NCBI GenBank assembly: GCA_965227835.1
Contig: OZ245768.1
Span: 780,001-812,000 of the forward strand
Length of the DNA: 32,000 nucleotides
From: Candidatus Saccharimonadota bacterium
GTDB taxonomy: Bacteria; Patescibacteriota; Gracilibacteria; BD1-5; UBA6164
Direction of reading: 5' to 3'
In this document: piece by piece, positions 30,141-32,000 of the stretch
Numbering within the stretch: position 1 is the stretch's first letter
How the letters are laid out: each line of letters opens with the position of its first letter
The notes under the pieces: generated by a model
Database searches by the model: none
Told to the model about the DNA's origin: nothing
Seen by the model: only the letters and a program-made list of their open reading frames with translations
Program-made: the position numbers and the translations under genes

Positions 30141-30506
30141 ATGACTATATGTAAAAAAAGCCTAGCTATATCTGTCTTAGTAGCTATTCTATGCCATTTT
30201 CTATTCGCTTTACCTATAAGTTCCGAAGCACCAAAATTCTTCATATTTGTACATGATAATATTACAATACCTCTTTGGGTGTGTATAATTGGATGTGGAA
30301 TATTATTTGGGATTCCAGAAAAAAAATCTTCCTCAGATAATTTTAAATTGCTTCTGGGATTTATTCTTGGAGGAACCCTTGGATTTATTCTTGGAGGAAC
30401 CCTTGGATTTATTCTTGGAGGACCCCTTGGATTTATTCTTGGAGGAACCCTTGGATTTGTTCTTGGATTTATTCTTGGATGGTCTCTAGGAGAAAAATTT
30501 AATTAA
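30141..30506 (+). CDS. Small membrane protein (121 aa) with a signal/TM N-terminus and a tandem GFILGGTL glycine-zipper repeat
   Basis: MTICKKSLAISVLVAILCHFLFALPISSEA..., then (GFILGG[T/P]L)x4 followed by GFVL-GFIL-GWSL. It has 19 Gly codons and none is TGA. TAA at 30504-30506. Confidence 0.75.
   Translation: MTICKKSLAISVLVAILCHFLFALPISSEAPKFFIFVHDNITIPLWVCIIGCGILFGIPEKKSSSDNFKLLLGFILGGTLGFILGGTLGFILGGPLGFILGGTLGFVLGFILGWSLGEKFN
30357..30479 (+). repeat. 24-bp tandem repeat (ggatttattcttggaggaaccctt), 4 full copies plus degenerate 12-bp half units
   Basis: Units are at 30357, 30381, 30405 and 30429. They are in frame and encode the glycine zipper. The track ORF 30289-30489 is the out-of-frame reading of the same repeat. 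Confidence 0.9.
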
Positions 30507-30580
30507 GCAATAAGCTAACATTTAAAAATCCATAGGAATTATGATTAAATATTTTTTAACTTAGGTTTCAAAAGCTAGGC

Positions 30581-30614
30581 AAAGGACACAGTTGATAAAT
30601 CAACTGTGTCCTTT
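30581..30614 (+). terminator. Intrinsic terminator (aaaggacacagttga-taaa-tcaactgtgtccttt)
   Basis: A 15-bp perfect stem downstream of the glycine-zipper gene. Confidence 0.8.
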
Positions 30615-30714
30615 ATATTAAAATCTAAAAAAGACTTTTTTTCTTCAAAATATTAATTTTTCAATCCTTTATTAAATATAAAAAACACAAAAACTTTTTG
30701 AAAAAAACTTTTTT

Positions 30715-30947
30715 TAGTTAAAGTTAGTACTAATTAAAAGCATTTGAGTTTCGCTATCACGAAACAAGGCTGGAGAAAGAAAGTTTTTAATAAAAACAAG
30801 TAGAATCTCCCGAAGGTGAAATACTTCGTTAAAAAAATAAAATTGAGTACAAGCTTTTTGGTGGTAACTTCCAAAAATTAAGGAGAGATCTCTCAATAAC
30901 TTTGGACCTAAAAGCACACAAATTATATGTTTTTTGTGTGTTTTTTA
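30715..30947 (+). ncRNA. Candidate structured leader / cis-regulatory RNA ending in an intrinsic terminator directly upstream of the mazF-like gene. The class is not identified.
   Basis: No plausible ORF exists in any + frame. There are successive local hairpins: gtttcg/cgaaac (30747-30764), gttttt/aaaaac (30783-30797), cgaag/cttcg (30811-30828), tttttgg/ccaaaaa (30855-30877) and gagag/ctctc (30882-30894). The terminator cacacaaa/tttgtgtg plus T6 is at 30915-30947, followed 15 nt later by GAGGAGG and ATG 30971. Confidence 0.4.
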
Positions 30948-30970
30948 TTTTTTGATTTTGAGGAGGAAAA

Positions 30971-31390
30971 ATGAATTATGTAAATGAACTTAAAAATTGG
31001 TTTGAAGAAAAAATAAAGATAAATGAAAAATATATAAACTTTGAGTATAGGTATAAAAAGTGAGATATATGGTATGCAAATTTATGAATAAATATATGAA
31101 ATGAATTTAATAAAGTTAGGCCTGTATTGGTATTAACAAATAATAAATTTTCAAGATGAAATAACATTATAATAATACCAATTACAAGTTTAAAATCTGA
31201 AAAAAGAATACTAAACACAGATATAATAATTGATACAAAATTTGGTAAAAGACAAAGATCAATTATGAGAATTAACCATTTGAAAGATATTTCTAAAAAA
31301 AGACTTATAAAGAAAGTATGAAGAATAGATGATGATACTCTAAATAGACTGGGTATAAAATTAAAGCTATTGTTTGATATTAGAGAATAA
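30971..31390 (+). CDS. PemK/MazF-family endoribonuclease toxin-like protein (139 aa); no adjacent antitoxin gene recognised
   Basis: ...YKKG(TGA)DIWYANLG(TGA)INIG(TGA)NEFNKVRPVLVLTNNKF...IIIIPITSLKSEKR...RQRSIMRINHLKDISKKRLIKKVG. This is the G-D-I-W...G.E....RPvlVl...v.PiTS pattern of the family. TAA at 31388-31390. Confidence 0.75.
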
Positions 31391-31538
31391 AAAATGCCCT
31401 ACCAAATTGATAGGACTAGACTTCTTAGAGTCAAACAAAAATGAAAGCAAGAGCTTTCTAGTTCTCTTAGGAACAATGCAATTATAACACTTTTTACAAA
31501 AAAACAAAACTTTTTTAAATCTTAACTTTATTTTACCT

Positions 31539-32000
31539 ATGTTCCCAAAAGTAGACCCAAAACAATCTTTTCCAGAACTTGAAGAAGAAATATTGAAATT
31601 CTGGAAAAAAGAAAACATATTTGAAGAATCTATAGAAACTAGATCAAAAGATAATCCATATAGATTTTATGATTGACCTCCTTTCATAACAGGTACACCT
31701 CATTATTGAAGTCTTTTATCAAGTATATGCAAAGATGTAGTACCAAGATATTGGACTATGCAAGGTAAAAGATGTGAAAGAGTATGGGGATGGGATTGTC
31801 ACTGATTACCTATAGAAGAAAAAGTACAAAAAAAACTATGACTAGAATCAAACAAAGATATAGAAAAAGTATGAGTAGAAAAGTTTATACAAGAATGTTA
31901 TAGCTATACCAAAAATACATCAGCAGAATGGGAATGGTATGTGGATCATATTTGAAGATGGGTTGATTTCAAAAACTCATATAAAACAATGGATCAAGAT
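31539..32000 (+). CDS. ileS: Isoleucyl-tRNA synthetase (eukaryote-like type 2), 5' part; continues beyond the window
   Basis: [32 protein letters not shown]...YRFYDG(TGA)[11 protein letters not shown](TGA)[28 protein letters not shown](TGA)LPIE. Confidence 0.88.

Noticed and set aside
30357-30479. Possible CRISPR array or non-coding satellite, based on the 24-bp repeats here and the 18-bp repeats at 309-362
   Set aside because: The units are directly tandem with no spacers. They are in frame inside ORFs and encode a sensible peptide repeat. There are no cas genes in the window.
30715-30947. Assigning the mazF leader to RNase P RNA, T-box, SRP RNA, 6S or tmRNA
   Set aside because: There are only loose resemblances: GGAGAAAGAAAG versus the P4 GAGGAAAGUCC, GGTGAAAT versus CR-II, and TGGTGGTAAC versus the T-box GGUGGUACC. 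The region is too short, and the other universally conserved segments (for example ACAGAANCCGGCUUA, a specifier/AG-bay, a tRNA-like end) are absent. The class is left unassigned.
31394-31525. A 43-codon ORF immediately after the mazF-like gene, considered as a downstream antitoxin
   Set aside because: It is basic rather than acidic, has no clear Shine-Dalgarno site and resembles no known antitoxin fold that I can recognise. MazF antitoxins normally precede the toxin. It is kept only as a remark within the mazF finding.

Overview
This AT-rich bacterial chromosomal segment is only readable if TGA is translated as glycine (translation table 25, the Gracilibacteria / Absconditabacteria-SR1 type of candidate phyla radiation bacterium). 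The supplied standard-code ORF track is therefore badly fragmented, and most of its opposite-strand ORFs are artefacts. Retranslating with TGA=Gly gives a dense, intact housekeeping backbone: murG, rsmG, rpsT, infC-rpmI-rplT, a PiT phosphate transporter, rplI-ruvX, an inositol monophosphatase, nusA, tRNA-Ser(GGA), ruvA, secA, gyrA and the 5' part of ileS. Accessory material interrupts this backbone. (1) Three paralogous four-cysteine secreted-protein cassettes (5.6-9.0 kb) each carry the same promoter, palindromic operator, 5'-UTR hairpin and terminator, and they surround an orphan soluble histidine-kinase-like gene. (2) Two small membrane-protein cassettes have shared 5' and 3' flanks and a shared C-terminal AQTC, plus a third small membrane protein with a 24-bp-repeat glycine zipper. 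(3) There are three insertion sequences of different families (IS30, IS5, IS200), and all of their transposases need TGA=Gly. (4) A degenerate RAYT/IS200-like gene is present, along with GC-rich REP-like hairpins. (5) A solitary MazF/PemK-like toxin sits behind a roughly 230-nt structured leader that ends in a terminator. The most unusual signal is that the six secreted or membrane cassette genes contain no TGA glycine codons at all (57 Gly codons), whereas neighbouring native genes use TGA for about half or more of theirs. These cassette genes also show a conserved-flank, divergent-core architecture.
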